A program made the position numbers and the translations under genes. Below are positions 1 through 7,073 of a DNA stretch of 7,073 nucleotides, piece by piece. The stretch lies in the IMG/VR virus record IMGVR_UViG_2695420403_000001. The stretch is one strand, 5' to 3'. How positions within the stretch are numbered: the stretch's first letter is position 1; the number at the start of each line of letters is the position of its first letter. Source of the DNA: a virus. Its lineage: Duplodnaviria; Heunggongvirae; Uroviricota; Caudoviricetes. The notes under the pieces are model-generated. The model searched no databases. It was not told where the DNA came from and saw nothing but the letters and a program-made list of their open reading frames with translations.

Positions 1-654
1 CGCCTTTATGGTAACGCCAGCGACCTGGTCACCATGATCAAAACGCTTTCCGGTGTCAGCCTCGGCAGCGATCTGCAACCGCGCGGTGTCTGGAAAACGG
101 ACAGTAAAACCACCGCCACAGCGACGCAGCAGCGTAACGTGGTTGCCAGCACCCTTCGTACGACTGCAATCAGCGAAGCGGCGTATGCCGTTACCCGATT
201 GCCTGCGCCAACAACTTCCGCGGTGATGCAGAATGCCGCAGTGGGGCAGTCAACAACACCCGCGCAGAGCACCGGCTGGCCTTCCGTCACGCATCCGGCA
301 CTGAACAATGCACCGGCGGTGAAAAACACGGTTGACCTGCCAACGTGGGAAGAGCTGACCGACATTCGCGACACACTGAATACGGCAATTGATAAGGAGT
401 TGTCCCGTACAACCAGTGATGTGCTGTTTCTGGCGCTGCGCCGGGTGAAAGCAGATCTGAATGCGGATATCAACACGCGCCTTGAACAGTCTGCGCGGAT
501 CATTCAGCGTACGCCGGATGAGGTTTTACCCGCGCTGGTGCTGGCGGCGACCTGGTTTGATAACGCGGCGCATGACGCGGACATTATCCGGCGCAATGCC
601 ATTACACATCCCGGCTTTGTGCCGGTGATCCCTCTGAAGGTGCCAGTGCAATGA
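1..654 (+). CDS. 3' portion of a tail-module protein whose 5' end lies outside the window; by position directly upstream of the hub gene, possibly the C-terminal region of a Mu N/gp43-type DNA circulation protein
   Basis: Frame 1 is open from base 1 to TGA at 652-654 (ORF track 34..654 is the Met-initiated part). Product has a Thr/Ala/Ser/Gln-rich low-complexity stretch followed by a probable helical C-terminal domain. Stop overlaps the next start (ATGA). Function is assigned by synteny only. Confidence 0.5.
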   Translation, partial: RLYGNASDLVTMIKTLSGVSLGSDLQPRGVWKTDSKTTATATQQRNVVASTLRTTAISEAAYAVTRLPAPTTSAVMQNAAVGQSTTPAQSTGWPSVTHPALNNAPAVKNTVDLPTWEELTDIRDTLNTAIDKELSRTTSDVLFLALRRVKADLNADINTRLEQSARIIQRTPDEVLPALVLAATWFDNAAHDADIIRRNAITHPGFVPVIPLKVPVQ

Positions 655-1730
655 ACGATAACGTCACGCTACGGGTAAATGGCCGGGAGTGGAATGGCTG
701 GACATCGGTGCGCATCGGTGCCGGTATTGAACGGCTGGCACGGGATTTCAGTGTGGAGATCACCCGCCAGTGGCCGGGAGATGAGTGTATCACCACGCTT
801 CAGCCGCGTATTAAAAACGGTTCAAAAGTGGAAGTTCTGATTGGTGATGAGCTGGTGATCACCGGCTGGGTGGAGGCGACGCCCGTTCGTTACGATGCCC
901 GTTCGGTCAGCACCGGTATTGCCGGACGCAGTCTGACCGCTGACCTGATTGACTGTGCAGCCGAATCGACACAGTTTAACGGACGATCGCTGGTACAGAT
1001 TGCGCAGGCGCTTGCTGCGCCTTTCGGCATTGAGGTGGTGAACAACAGTGCGCCGTCGGGTGTTATTCCTGATGTCCAGCCTGATCACGGCGAAACGGTG
1101 ATTGAGGTGATCAACAAAATACTCGGTCAGCAGCAGGCACTGGCTTACGACGACCCGCACGGCAGGCTGGTGATTGGCGGTATTGGCTCAACGCGGGCAC
1201 ATACCGCGCTGGTACTTGGGGAAAATATCCTTTCCTGTGATACGGAGAAGAGTATCCGGGAGCGGTTTTCTGTTTACCAGGTGGCGGGGCAGCGTGCCGG
1301 AAACGACGATGATTTCGGTGAGGCCACCACCACCGCGCTGCGGGCCCGCACAGAGGACGCATTTATTGCCCGTTACCGTCCGATGTATATCAGGCAGACA
1401 GGGCAGGCTACGGGGGCAGGCTGTATTGCCCGTGCGGACTTTGAAGCCCGACAACGGGCGGCGCGGACGGATGAAACCACCTATGTGGTTCAGGGCTGGC
1501 GACAGGGTAACGGTACGCTGTGGCAGCCCAACCAGCGGGTGATTGTCTTCGATCCGGTCTGTGGTTTCGACAATACCGAACTGCTTGTCTCGGAAGTCAC
1601 GTTTACTCAGGACCAGAACGGCACCCTGACGGAAATCCGTGTCGGCCCACCTGATGCTTATCTGCCTGAACCCGAAGCCCCCGGCGCGCGGAAAAAGAAA
1701 AAAGCCAGAGTACAGGAGGACCCGTTCTGA
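651..1730 (+). CDS. Baseplate hub protein, Mu gp44 (gene P)-like; 359 aa
   Basis: Complete ORF, ATG 651 to TGA 1728-1730. Present in three full copies plus one fragment whose differences are almost all third-codon-position changes in this frame. Size and position upstream of a gpV-type spike gene fit the Mu P / P2 gpD hub family. Weak SD-like GAAGG about 10 nt upstream. Function by recognition and synteny, not verified. Confidence 0.7.
   Translation: MNDNVTLRVNGREWNGWTSVRIGAGIERLARDFSVEITRQWPGDECITTLQPRIKNGSKVEVLIGDELVITGWVEATPVRYDARSVSTGIAGRSLTADLIDCAAESTQFNGRSLVQIAQALAAPFGIEVVNNSAPSGVIPDVQPDHGETVIEVINKILGQQQALAYDDPHGRLVIGGIGSTRAHTALVLGENILSCDTEKSIRERFSVYQVAGQRAGNDDDFGEATTTALRARTEDAFIARYRPMYIRQTGQATGAGCIARADFEARQRAARTDETTYVVQGWRQGNGTLWQPNQRVIVFDPVCGFDNTELLVSEVTFTQDQNGTLTEIRVGPPDAYLPEPEAPGARKKKKARVQEDPF
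1714..1719 (+). promoter_or_regulatory. Shine-Dalgarno (AGGAGG) for the spike gene, embedded in the 3' end of the hub gene
   Basis: AGGAGG lies 10 nt upstream of ATG 1730. The same element recurs at 4333-4338, 5768-5773 and 6421-6426 in the other copies. Confidence 0.6.
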
Positions 1731-2278
1731 TGAGGACGATTGAAGCCATGCAGCGACAACTTCTCGGCCTTATTGGGCGGGCAGTGGTGAAAAGCATCAG
1801 TGCCGCCACGAAATGTCAGACCGTGGATGTGTCCCTGATTGCCGGTGAACCCAAAGCCGGGGTTGAACATCTTGAACCCTACGGTTTTACCGCAAGGGCA
1901 AACAGCGGTGCGGAAGCGGTGGTGTTGTTTCCGGATGGCGACCGTTCTCATGCGGTGGTTGTTACGGTGTCGGACCGGCGCTACCGCCTGAAAGGGCTGC
2001 AGACGGGTGAGGTGGCTGTCTATGACGATCAGGGGCAGTCTGTGACGCTGACCCGGGAGGGGATCGTGGTGGACGGTGCAGGTAAAACGATCACGTTTCG
2101 CAATGCGCCCAGAGCACGTTTTGAAATGGACCTAGAAGTGACCGGACAGGTGAAAGACCTGTGCGACTCCGGCGGCACCACCATGTCAGCGATGCGGCTT
2201 GCCTATAACGGCCATCGTCACAGAGAGAACGGTCAGGGCAGTAACACCGACAAACCGGATAAAGCGATGGAGGCATGA
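1730..2278 (+). CDS. Baseplate assembly protein V / central spike, Mu gp45- or P2 gpV-like; 182 aa
   Basis: Complete ORF, ATG 1730 overlapping the upstream stop (TGATG), stop TGA 2276-2278. N-terminal region typical of gpV-type OB-fold proteins and a C-terminal His-x-His (HRH, 2213-2221) as in metal-binding phage spike tips. Strong SD upstream. Confidence 0.75.
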   Translation: MRTIEAMQRQLLGLIGRAVVKSISAATKCQTVDVSLIAGEPKAGVEHLEPYGFTARANSGAEAVVLFPDGDRSHAVVVTVSDRRYRLKGLQTGEVAVYDDQGQSVTLTREGIVVDGAGKTITFRNAPRARFEMDLEVTGQVKDLCDSGGTTMSAMRLAYNGHRHRENGQGSNTDKPDKAMEA

Positions 2279-2618
2279 TGGAACTGTGGCTGACGGTGAA
2301 CGGTAAACGCACCTGCGCCAGCGCACCGCTGGATCCGCTGACCCGCGCCGTGGTGATTTCCCTGTTCACCTGGCGGCGGGCGGAGCCTGATGACAATGCC
2401 GACGTCCCGATGGGATGGTGGGGGGATACCTGGCCTGCGGTACAGAATGACCGTTACGGCTCCCGACTGTGGCTGCTTCAGCGCAGCAAACTGACCAATC
2501 AGCTGGTGCAGACGGTAAGGGGGTATATCCGCGAATGCCTGCAATGGATGATTGATGACGGCGTGGTGTCCCGTATTGATCTGGATATCCGCCGCACCGG
2601 GATTAATGAACTGGGTAA
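2278..2618 (+). CDS. Phage GP46-family baseplate protein (Mu gp46-like), 5' part only; truncated by the N run
   Basis: Starts at ATG 2278 (GGAGG 2269-2273 gives about 4 nt spacing; an alternative in-frame ATG at 2275 is too close to the SD). Translation MELWLTVNG...GWWGDTW...GSRLWLL is characteristic of GP46-family proteins as I recall them. ORF is interrupted by Ns at 2619. Confidence 0.7.
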
Positions 2619-2629
2619 NNNNNNNNNNN
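2619..2629. other. Assembly gap (11 N) joining unit A to unit B
   Basis: Run of n characters. Sequence on either side is not contiguous: upstream is the GP46-like gene, downstream restarts in the tail gene seen at the window start. Confidence 0.95.
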
Positions 2630-3273
2630 GTAACGCCAGCGACCTGGTCACCATGATCAAAACGCTTTCCGGTGTCAGCCTCGGCAGCGATCTGCAACCG
2701 CGCGGTGTCTGGAAAACGGACAGTAAAACCACCGCCACAGCGACGCAGCAGCGTAACGTGGTTGCCAGCACCCTTCGTACGACTGCAATCAGCGAAGCGG
2801 CGTATGCCGTTACCCGATTGCCTGCGCCAACAACTTCCGCGGTGATGCAGAATGCCGCAGTGGGGCAGTCAACAACACCCGCGCAGAGCACCGGCTGGCC
2901 TTCCGTCACGCATCCGGCACTGAACAATGCACCGGCGGTGAAAAACACGGTTGACCTGCCAACGTGGGAAGAGCTGACCGACATTCGCGACACACTGAAT
3001 ACGGCAATTGATAAGGAGTTGTCCCGTACAACCAGTGATGTGCTGTTTCTGGCGCTGCGCCGGGTGAAAGCAGATCTGAATGCGGATATCAACACGCGCC
3101 TTGAACAGTCTGCGCGGATCATTCAGCGTACGCCGGATGAGGTTTTACCCGCGCTGGTGCTGGCGGCGACCTGGTTTGATAACGCGGCGCATGACGCGGA
3201 CATTATCCGGCGCAATGCCATTACACATCCCGGCTTTGTGCCGGTGATCCCTCTGAAGGTGCCAGTGCAATGA
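2630..3273 (+). CDS. Second copy of the 3' portion of the upstream tail-module gene (same as 1..654), 5'-truncated at the gap
   Basis: By my base-by-base comparison 2630-3269 appears identical to 11-650. Stop TGA at 3271-3273. The ORF-track entry 2275..3273 is a chimera reading through the Ns. Confidence 0.5.
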
Positions 3274-4349
3274 ACGATAACGTCACGCTACGGGTAAATG
3301 GCCGGGAGTGGAATGGCTGGACATCGGTGCGCATCGGTGCCGGTATTGAACGGCTGGCACGGGATTTCAGTGTGGAGATCACCCGCCAGTGGCCGGGAGA
3401 TGAGGGTATCACCACGCTTCAGCCGCGCATTAAAAATGGTTCAAAAGTGGAAGTGCTGATTGGTGATGAGCTGGTGATCACCGGCTGGGTGGAGGCGACC
3501 CCCGTTCGTTACGATGCCCGTTCGGTCAGCACCGGTATTGCCGGACGTAGTCTGACTGCTGACCTGATTGACTGTGCAGCCGAACCGACACAGTTTAACG
3601 GACGATCGCTGGTACAGATTGCGCAGGCGCTTGCTGCGCCTTTCGGCATTGAGGTGGTGAACAACGGTGCGCCGTCGGGTGTTATTCCGGATGTCCAGCC
3701 TGATCACGGTGAAACGGTGATTGAGGTAATCAACAAAATACTCGGTCAGCAGCAGGCACTGGCTTACGACGACCCGCATGGCAGGCTGGTGATTGGCGGT
3801 ATTGGCTCAACGCGGGCACATACCGCGCTGGTACTTGGGGAAAACATCCTTTCCTGTGATACGGAGAAGAGTATCCGGGAGCGGTTTTCTGTTTACCAGG
3901 TGGCGGGGCAGCGTGCCGGAAACGACGATGATTTCGGTGAGGCCACCACCACCGCGCTGCGGGCCCGCACAGAGGACGCATTTATTGCCCGTTACCGTCC
4001 GATGTATATCAGGCAGACAGGGCAGGCTACGGGGGCAGGCTGTATTGCCCGTGCGGACTTTGAAGCCCGACAACGGGCGGCGCGGACGGATGAAACCACC
4101 TATGTGGTTCAGGGCTGGCGACAGGGTAACGGTACGCTGTGGCAGCCCAACCAGCGGGTGATTGTCTTCGATCCGGTCTGTGGTTTCGACAATACCGAAC
4201 TGCTTGTCTCGGAAGTCACGTTTACTCAGGACCAGAACGGCACCCTGACGGAAATCCGTGTCGGCCCACCTGATGCTTATCTGCCTGAACCCGAAGCCCC
4301 CGGCGCGCGGAAAAAGAAAAAAGCCAGAGTACAGGAGGACCCGTTCTGA
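3270..4349 (+). CDS. Baseplate hub protein, Mu gp44-like, copy 2; 359 aa
   Basis: Complete ORF colinear with 651..1730. Differs from copy 1 at about 13 positions, all within roughly the first 560 bp of the gene, of which 3 change the amino acid (C46G, S->P, S->G). Confidence 0.7.
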   Translation: MNDNVTLRVNGREWNGWTSVRIGAGIERLARDFSVEITRQWPGDEGITTLQPRIKNGSKVEVLIGDELVITGWVEATPVRYDARSVSTGIAGRSLTADLIDCAAEPTQFNGRSLVQIAQALAAPFGIEVVNNGAPSGVIPDVQPDHGETVIEVINKILGQQQALAYDDPHGRLVIGGIGSTRAHTALVLGENILSCDTEKSIRERFSVYQVAGQRAGNDDDFGEATTTALRARTEDAFIARYRPMYIRQTGQATGAGCIARADFEARQRAARTDETTYVVQGWRQGNGTLWQPNQRVIVFDPVCGFDNTELLVSEVTFTQDQNGTLTEIRVGPPDAYLPEPEAPGARKKKKARVQEDPF

Positions 4350-4659
4350 TGAGGACGATTGAAGCCATGCAGCGACAACTTCTCGGCCTTATTGGGCGGG
4401 CAGTGGTGAAAAGCATCAGTGCCGCCACGAAATGTCAGACCGTGGATGTGTCCCTGATTGCCGGTGAACCCAAAGCCGGGGTTGAACATCTTGAACCCTA
4501 CGGTTTTACCGCAAGGGCAAACAGCGGTGCGGAAGCGGTGGTGTTGTTTCCGGATGGCGACCGTTCTCATGCGGTGGTTGTTACGGTGTCGGACCGGCGC
4601 TACCGCCTGAAAGGGCTGCAGACGGGTGAGGTGGCTGTCTATGACGATCAGGGGCAGTC
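4349..4659 (+). CDS. gpV-type spike gene, copy 2, 3'-truncated at N 4660
   Basis: Appears identical to 1730-2040 of copy 1 and stops abruptly at a single N. Confidence 0.7.
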
Positions 4660-4660
4660 N
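4660..4660. other. Single-N junction between unit B and unit C
   Basis: Flanking sequence jumps from the middle of the spike gene to the last 15 codons of the upstream tail gene; this is not an ordinary ambiguous base call. Confidence 0.9.
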
Positions 4661-5815
4661 CATCCCGGCTTTGTGCCGGTGATCCCTCTGAAGGTGCCAG
4701 TGCAATGAACGATAACGTCACGCTACGGGTAAATGGCCGGGAGTGGAATGGCTGGACATCGGTGCGCATCGGTGCCGGTATTGAACGGCTGGCGCGGGAT
4801 TTCAGTGTGGAGATCACCCGCCAGTGGCCGGGAGATGAGGGTATCACCACGCTTCAGCCGCGCATTAAAAATGGTTCAAAAGTGGAAGTGCTGATTGGTG
4901 ATGAGCTGGTGATCACCGGCTGGGTGGAGGCGACCCCCGTTCGTTACGATGCCCGTTCGGTCAGCACCGGTATTGCCGGACGTAGTCTGACTGCTGACCT
5001 GATTGACTGTGCAGCCGAACCGACACAGTTTAACGGACGATCGCTGGTACAGATTGCGCAGGCGCTTGCTGCGCCTTTCGGCATTGAGGTGGTGAACAGC
5101 GATGCGCCGTCGGGTGTTATTCCGGATGTCCAGCCTGATCACGGTGAAACGGTGATTGAGGTGATCAACAAAATACTCGGTCAGCAGCAGGCGCTGGCTT
5201 ATGACGACCCGCACGGCAGGCTGGTGATTGGTGGTATTGGCTCAACGCGGGCACATACCGCGCTGGTACTTGGGGAAAACATCCTTTCCTGTGATACGGA
5301 GAAGAGTATCCGGGAGCGGTTTTCAGTTTACCAGGTGGCGGGGCAGCGTGCCGGAAATGACGATGATTTCGGTGAGGCCACCACCACCGCGCTGCGGGCC
5401 CGCACAGAAGACGCATTTATTGCCCGTTACCGTCCGATGTATATCAGGCAGACAGGGCAGGCTACGGGGGCAGGCTGTATTGCCCGTGCGGACTTTGAAG
5501 CCCGGCAACGGGCGGCGCGGACGGATGAAACCACCTATGTGGTGCAGGGCTGGCGACAGGGTAACGGTACGCTGTGGCAACCCAACCAGCGGGTGATTGT
5601 CTTTGATCCGGTCTGTGGTTTTGACAATACCGAACTGCTTGTTTCGGAAGTCACGTTTACTCAGGACCAGAACGGCACCCTGACGGAAATCCGTGTCGGC
5701 CCGCCTGATGCTTATCTGCCTGAACCTGAAGACCCCGGCGCGCGGAAAAAGAAAAAAGCCAGAGTACAGGAGGACCCGTTCTGATGAGGACGATTGAAGC
5801 CATGCAGCGACAACT
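4661..5815 (+). repeat. Module copy C, colinear with A positions 607-1761
   Basis: Offset 4054. Contains the last 15 codons plus stop of the upstream gene (4661-4708), a full hub gene, and the first 10 codons of the spike gene (5784-5815). Confidence 0.85.
4705..5784 (+). CDS. Baseplate hub protein, Mu gp44-like, copy 3; 359 aa
   Basis: Complete ORF. About 30 nucleotide differences from copy 1 by my manual count, with only about 5 amino-acid changes (C46G, S->P, NNSA->NSDA, A->D near the C-terminus). Confidence 0.7.
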   Translation: MNDNVTLRVNGREWNGWTSVRIGAGIERLARDFSVEITRQWPGDEGITTLQPRIKNGSKVEVLIGDELVITGWVEATPVRYDARSVSTGIAGRSLTADLIDCAAEPTQFNGRSLVQIAQALAAPFGIEVVNSDAPSGVIPDVQPDHGETVIEVINKILGQQQALAYDDPHGRLVIGGIGSTRAHTALVLGENILSCDTEKSIRERFSVYQVAGQRAGNDDDFGEATTTALRARTEDAFIARYRPMYIRQTGQATGAGCIARADFEARQRAARTDETTYVVQGWRQGNGTLWQPNQRVIVFDPVCGFDNTELLVSEVTFTQDQNGTLTEIRVGPPDAYLPEPEDPGARKKKKARVQEDPF

Positions 5816-5816
5816 N
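5816..5816. other. Single-N junction between unit C and unit D
   Basis: Sequence jumps from codon 11 of the spike gene to an internal codon of the hub gene (equivalent to position 1110 of copy 1). Confidence 0.9.
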
Positions 5817-6437
5817 ATCAACAAAATACTCGGTCAGCAGCAGGCACTGGCTTACGACGACCCGCATGGCAGGCTGGTGATTGGCGGTATTGGCTCAACG
5901 CGGGCACATACCGCGCTGGTACTTGGGGAAAACATCCTTTCCTGTGATACGGAGAAGAGTATCCGGGATCGGTTTTCAGTTTACCAGGTGGCGGGGCAGC
6001 GTGCCGGAAACGACGATGATTTCGGTGAGGCCACCACCACCGCGCTGCGGGCCCGCACAGAGGACGCATTTATTGCCCGTTACCGTCCGATGTATATCAG
6101 GCAGACAGGGCAGGCTACGGGGGCAGGCTGTATTGCCCGTGCGGACTTTGAAGCCCGGCAACGGGCGGCGCGGACGGATGAAACCACCTATGTGGTGCAG
6201 GGCTGGCGACAGGGTAACGGTACGCTGTGGCAACCCAACCAGCGGGTGATTGTCTTTGATCCGGTCTGTGGTTTTGACAATACCGAACTGCTTGTTTCGG
6301 AAGTCACGTTTACTCAGGACCAGAACGGCACCCTGACGGAAATCCGTGTCGGCCCGCCTGATGCTTATCTGCCTGAACCTGAAGACCCCGGCGCGCGGAA
6401 AAAGAAAAAAGCCAGAGTACAGGAGGACCCGTTCTGA
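5817..6437 (+). CDS. Baseplate hub gene, copy 4, 3' fragment (last 206 codons)
   Basis: In frame with the hub ORF and ends at TGA 6435-6437. The ORF-track entry 5784..6437 is a chimera of the spike start plus this fragment. Carries one unique E->D change. Confidence 0.65.
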   Translation: MNKILGQQQALAYDDPHGRLVIGGIGSTRAHTALVLGENILSCDTEKSIRDRFSVYQVAGQRAGNDDDFGEATTTALRARTEDAFIARYRPMYIRQTGQATGAGCIARADFEARQRAARTDETTYVVQGWRQGNGTLWQPNQRVIVFDPVCGFDNTELLVSEVTFTQDQNGTLTEIRVGPPDAYLPEPEDPGARKKKKARVQEDPF

Positions 6438-6985
6438 TGAGGACGATTGAAGCCATGCAGCGACAACTCCTCGGCCTGATTGGGCGGGCCGTGGTGAAAA
6501 GCATCAGTGCCGCCACGAAATGTCAGACCGTGGATGTGTTCCTGATTGCCGGTGAACCCAAAGCCGGGGTTGAACATCTTGAACCCTACGGTTTTACCGC
6601 AAGGGCAAACAGCGGTGCGGAAGCGGTGGTGTTGTTTCCGGATGGCGACCGTTCTCATGCGGTGGTTGTTACGGTGTCGGACCGGCGCTACCGCCTGAAA
6701 GGGCTGCAGACGGGTGAGGTGGCGGTCTATGACGATCAGGGGCAGTCCGTGACGCTGACCCGGGAGGGGATCGTGGTGGACGGTGCAGGTAAAACGATCA
6801 CGTTTCGCAATTCACCTAAAGCACGTTTTGAAATGGACCTAGAAGTGACAGGACAGGTGAAAGACCTGTGCGACTCCAGCGGCACCACCATGTCAGCGAT
6901 GCGGCTTGCCTATAACGGGCATCGTCACAGAGAGAACGGTCAGGGCAGTAACACCGACAAACCTGATAAAGCGATGGAGGCATGA
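6437..6985 (+). CDS. gpV-type spike protein, copy 4; 182 aa
   Basis: Complete ORF colinear with 1730..2278. About 12 nucleotide differences from copy 1, including S->F, A->S, R->K and G->S replacements. Confidence 0.75.
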   Translation: MRTIEAMQRQLLGLIGRAVVKSISAATKCQTVDVFLIAGEPKAGVEHLEPYGFTARANSGAEAVVLFPDGDRSHAVVVTVSDRRYRLKGLQTGEVAVYDDQGQSVTLTREGIVVDGAGKTITFRNSPKARFEMDLEVTGQVKDLCDSSGTTMSAMRLAYNGHRHRENGQGSNTDKPDKAMEA

Positions 6986-7073
6986 TGGAACTGTGGCTGA
7001 CGGTGAACGGTAAACGCACCTGCGCCAGCGCACCGCTGGATCCGCTGACCCGCGCCGTGGTGATTTCCCTGTT
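6985..7073 (+). CDS. GP46-family baseplate gene, copy 4, 5' fragment running off the window
   Basis: ATG 6985 (alternative 6982) with the same GGAGG upstream; translation begins MELWLTVNGKRTCASAPLDPLTRAVVISL as in copy 1. Confidence 0.65.
   Translation, partial: MELWLTVNGKRTCASAPLDPLTRAVVISL

Larger units (their letters stand above)
1..2618 (+). repeat. Module copy A: tail-gene 3' end, hub, spike, GP46 5' part
   Basis: Reference unit to which the other copies were aligned by eye. Confidence 0.85.
2630..4659 (+). repeat. Module copy B, colinear with A positions 11-2040
   Basis: Constant offset of 2619 between equivalent positions; about 99 percent identical to A by manual comparison, with differences confined to a patch in the hub gene. 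Confidence 0.85.
5817..7073 (+). repeat. Module copy D, colinear with A positions 1110-2366
   Basis: Offset 4707. Hub 3' fragment, full spike gene and GP46 start. Confidence 0.85.

Noticed and set aside
1691-1704. Programmed -1 ribosomal frameshift site at the poly-A tract
   Set aside because: It is not a canonical slippery heptamer in the hub frame, no downstream stimulatory structure was identified by eye, and phage frameshifting is characteristically in tail chaperone genes, not the hub. Kept only as a low-interest finding.
651-2278. T6SS VgrG or extracellular contractile injection system spike-hub
   Set aside because: Hub and spike are separate small proteins rather than a fused VgrG-sized protein, and the adjacent GP46-family gene fits a phage-type baseplate. 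A defective-prophage tailocin cannot be excluded from this window alone.
6-2697. Antisense and alternate-frame ORFs (for example 6..503 -, 822..1160 -, 1111..1362 -, 1188..1454 -, 1658..1951 -, 2233..2697 -, 1174..1542 +) and their equivalents in the other copies
   Set aside because: They lie entirely inside the + strand genes of a GC-rich region where stop-free stretches are common. The between-copy substitutions are synonymous in the hub/spike frames but change amino acids in these frames, so the + strand genes are the selected ones.
2275-3273. 332-aa ORF that looks like a GP46 N-terminal domain fused to a large C-terminal domain
   Set aside because: It reads through 11 Ns. The C-terminal part is identical to the 3' end of the upstream tail gene at 1-654, and the sequence just before the window start does not match the GP46 sequence just before the gap, so the two parts are not contiguous in copy A.
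5784-6437. 217-aa ORF and the similar 4349..4708 ORF appearing as novel small proteins
   Set aside because: Both are spike-start plus hub-tail or tail-gene chimeras created across single-N junctions, not independent genes.
1-7073. CRISPR array or other short-repeat system suggested by the obvious repetition
   Set aside because: The repeat units are 1.2-2.6 kb protein-coding modules with no short direct repeats interleaved with unique spacers.
1-7073. Genuine tandem gene amplification or a diversity-generating cassette array
   Set aside because: Every unit boundary is an N, the units start at unrelated internal points, and no template-repeat or reverse-transcriptase signature is present. An assembly or scaffolding origin is more parsimonious, though not proven.

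Overview
This window is not a contiguous stretch of one genome. It is four partial, near-identical copies of the same ~2.6 kb phage baseplate gene module, joined head-to-tail at N characters (11 N at 2619-2629, single N at 4660 and 5816). Unit A (1-2618) holds the 3' end of an upstream tail gene, a complete 359-aa baseplate-hub-like gene, a complete 182-aa gpV-type spike gene and the 5' part of a GP46-family gene; this order matches a Mu-type myovirus baseplate cluster (gp43-gp44-gp45-gp46). Units B (2630-4659), C (4661-5815) and D (5817-7073) restart at different internal points of the same module. All real genes are on the + strand with overlapping stop/start codons. The copies differ at scattered, mostly synonymous sites in a mosaic pattern, so they look like genuine divergent alleles (related prophages or strain variants) rather than sequencing noise. 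The reiteration itself is most likely an assembly or scaffolding artifact, because every junction sits on an N. I find no support for a novel defence or other undescribed system: no CRISPR array, RNA gene, integrase, toxin or nuclease-like ORF is visible, and the content is conventional phage or tailocin baseplate morphogenesis. Functional calls rest on my recognition of family-typical sequence features and gene order; no database search was possible.
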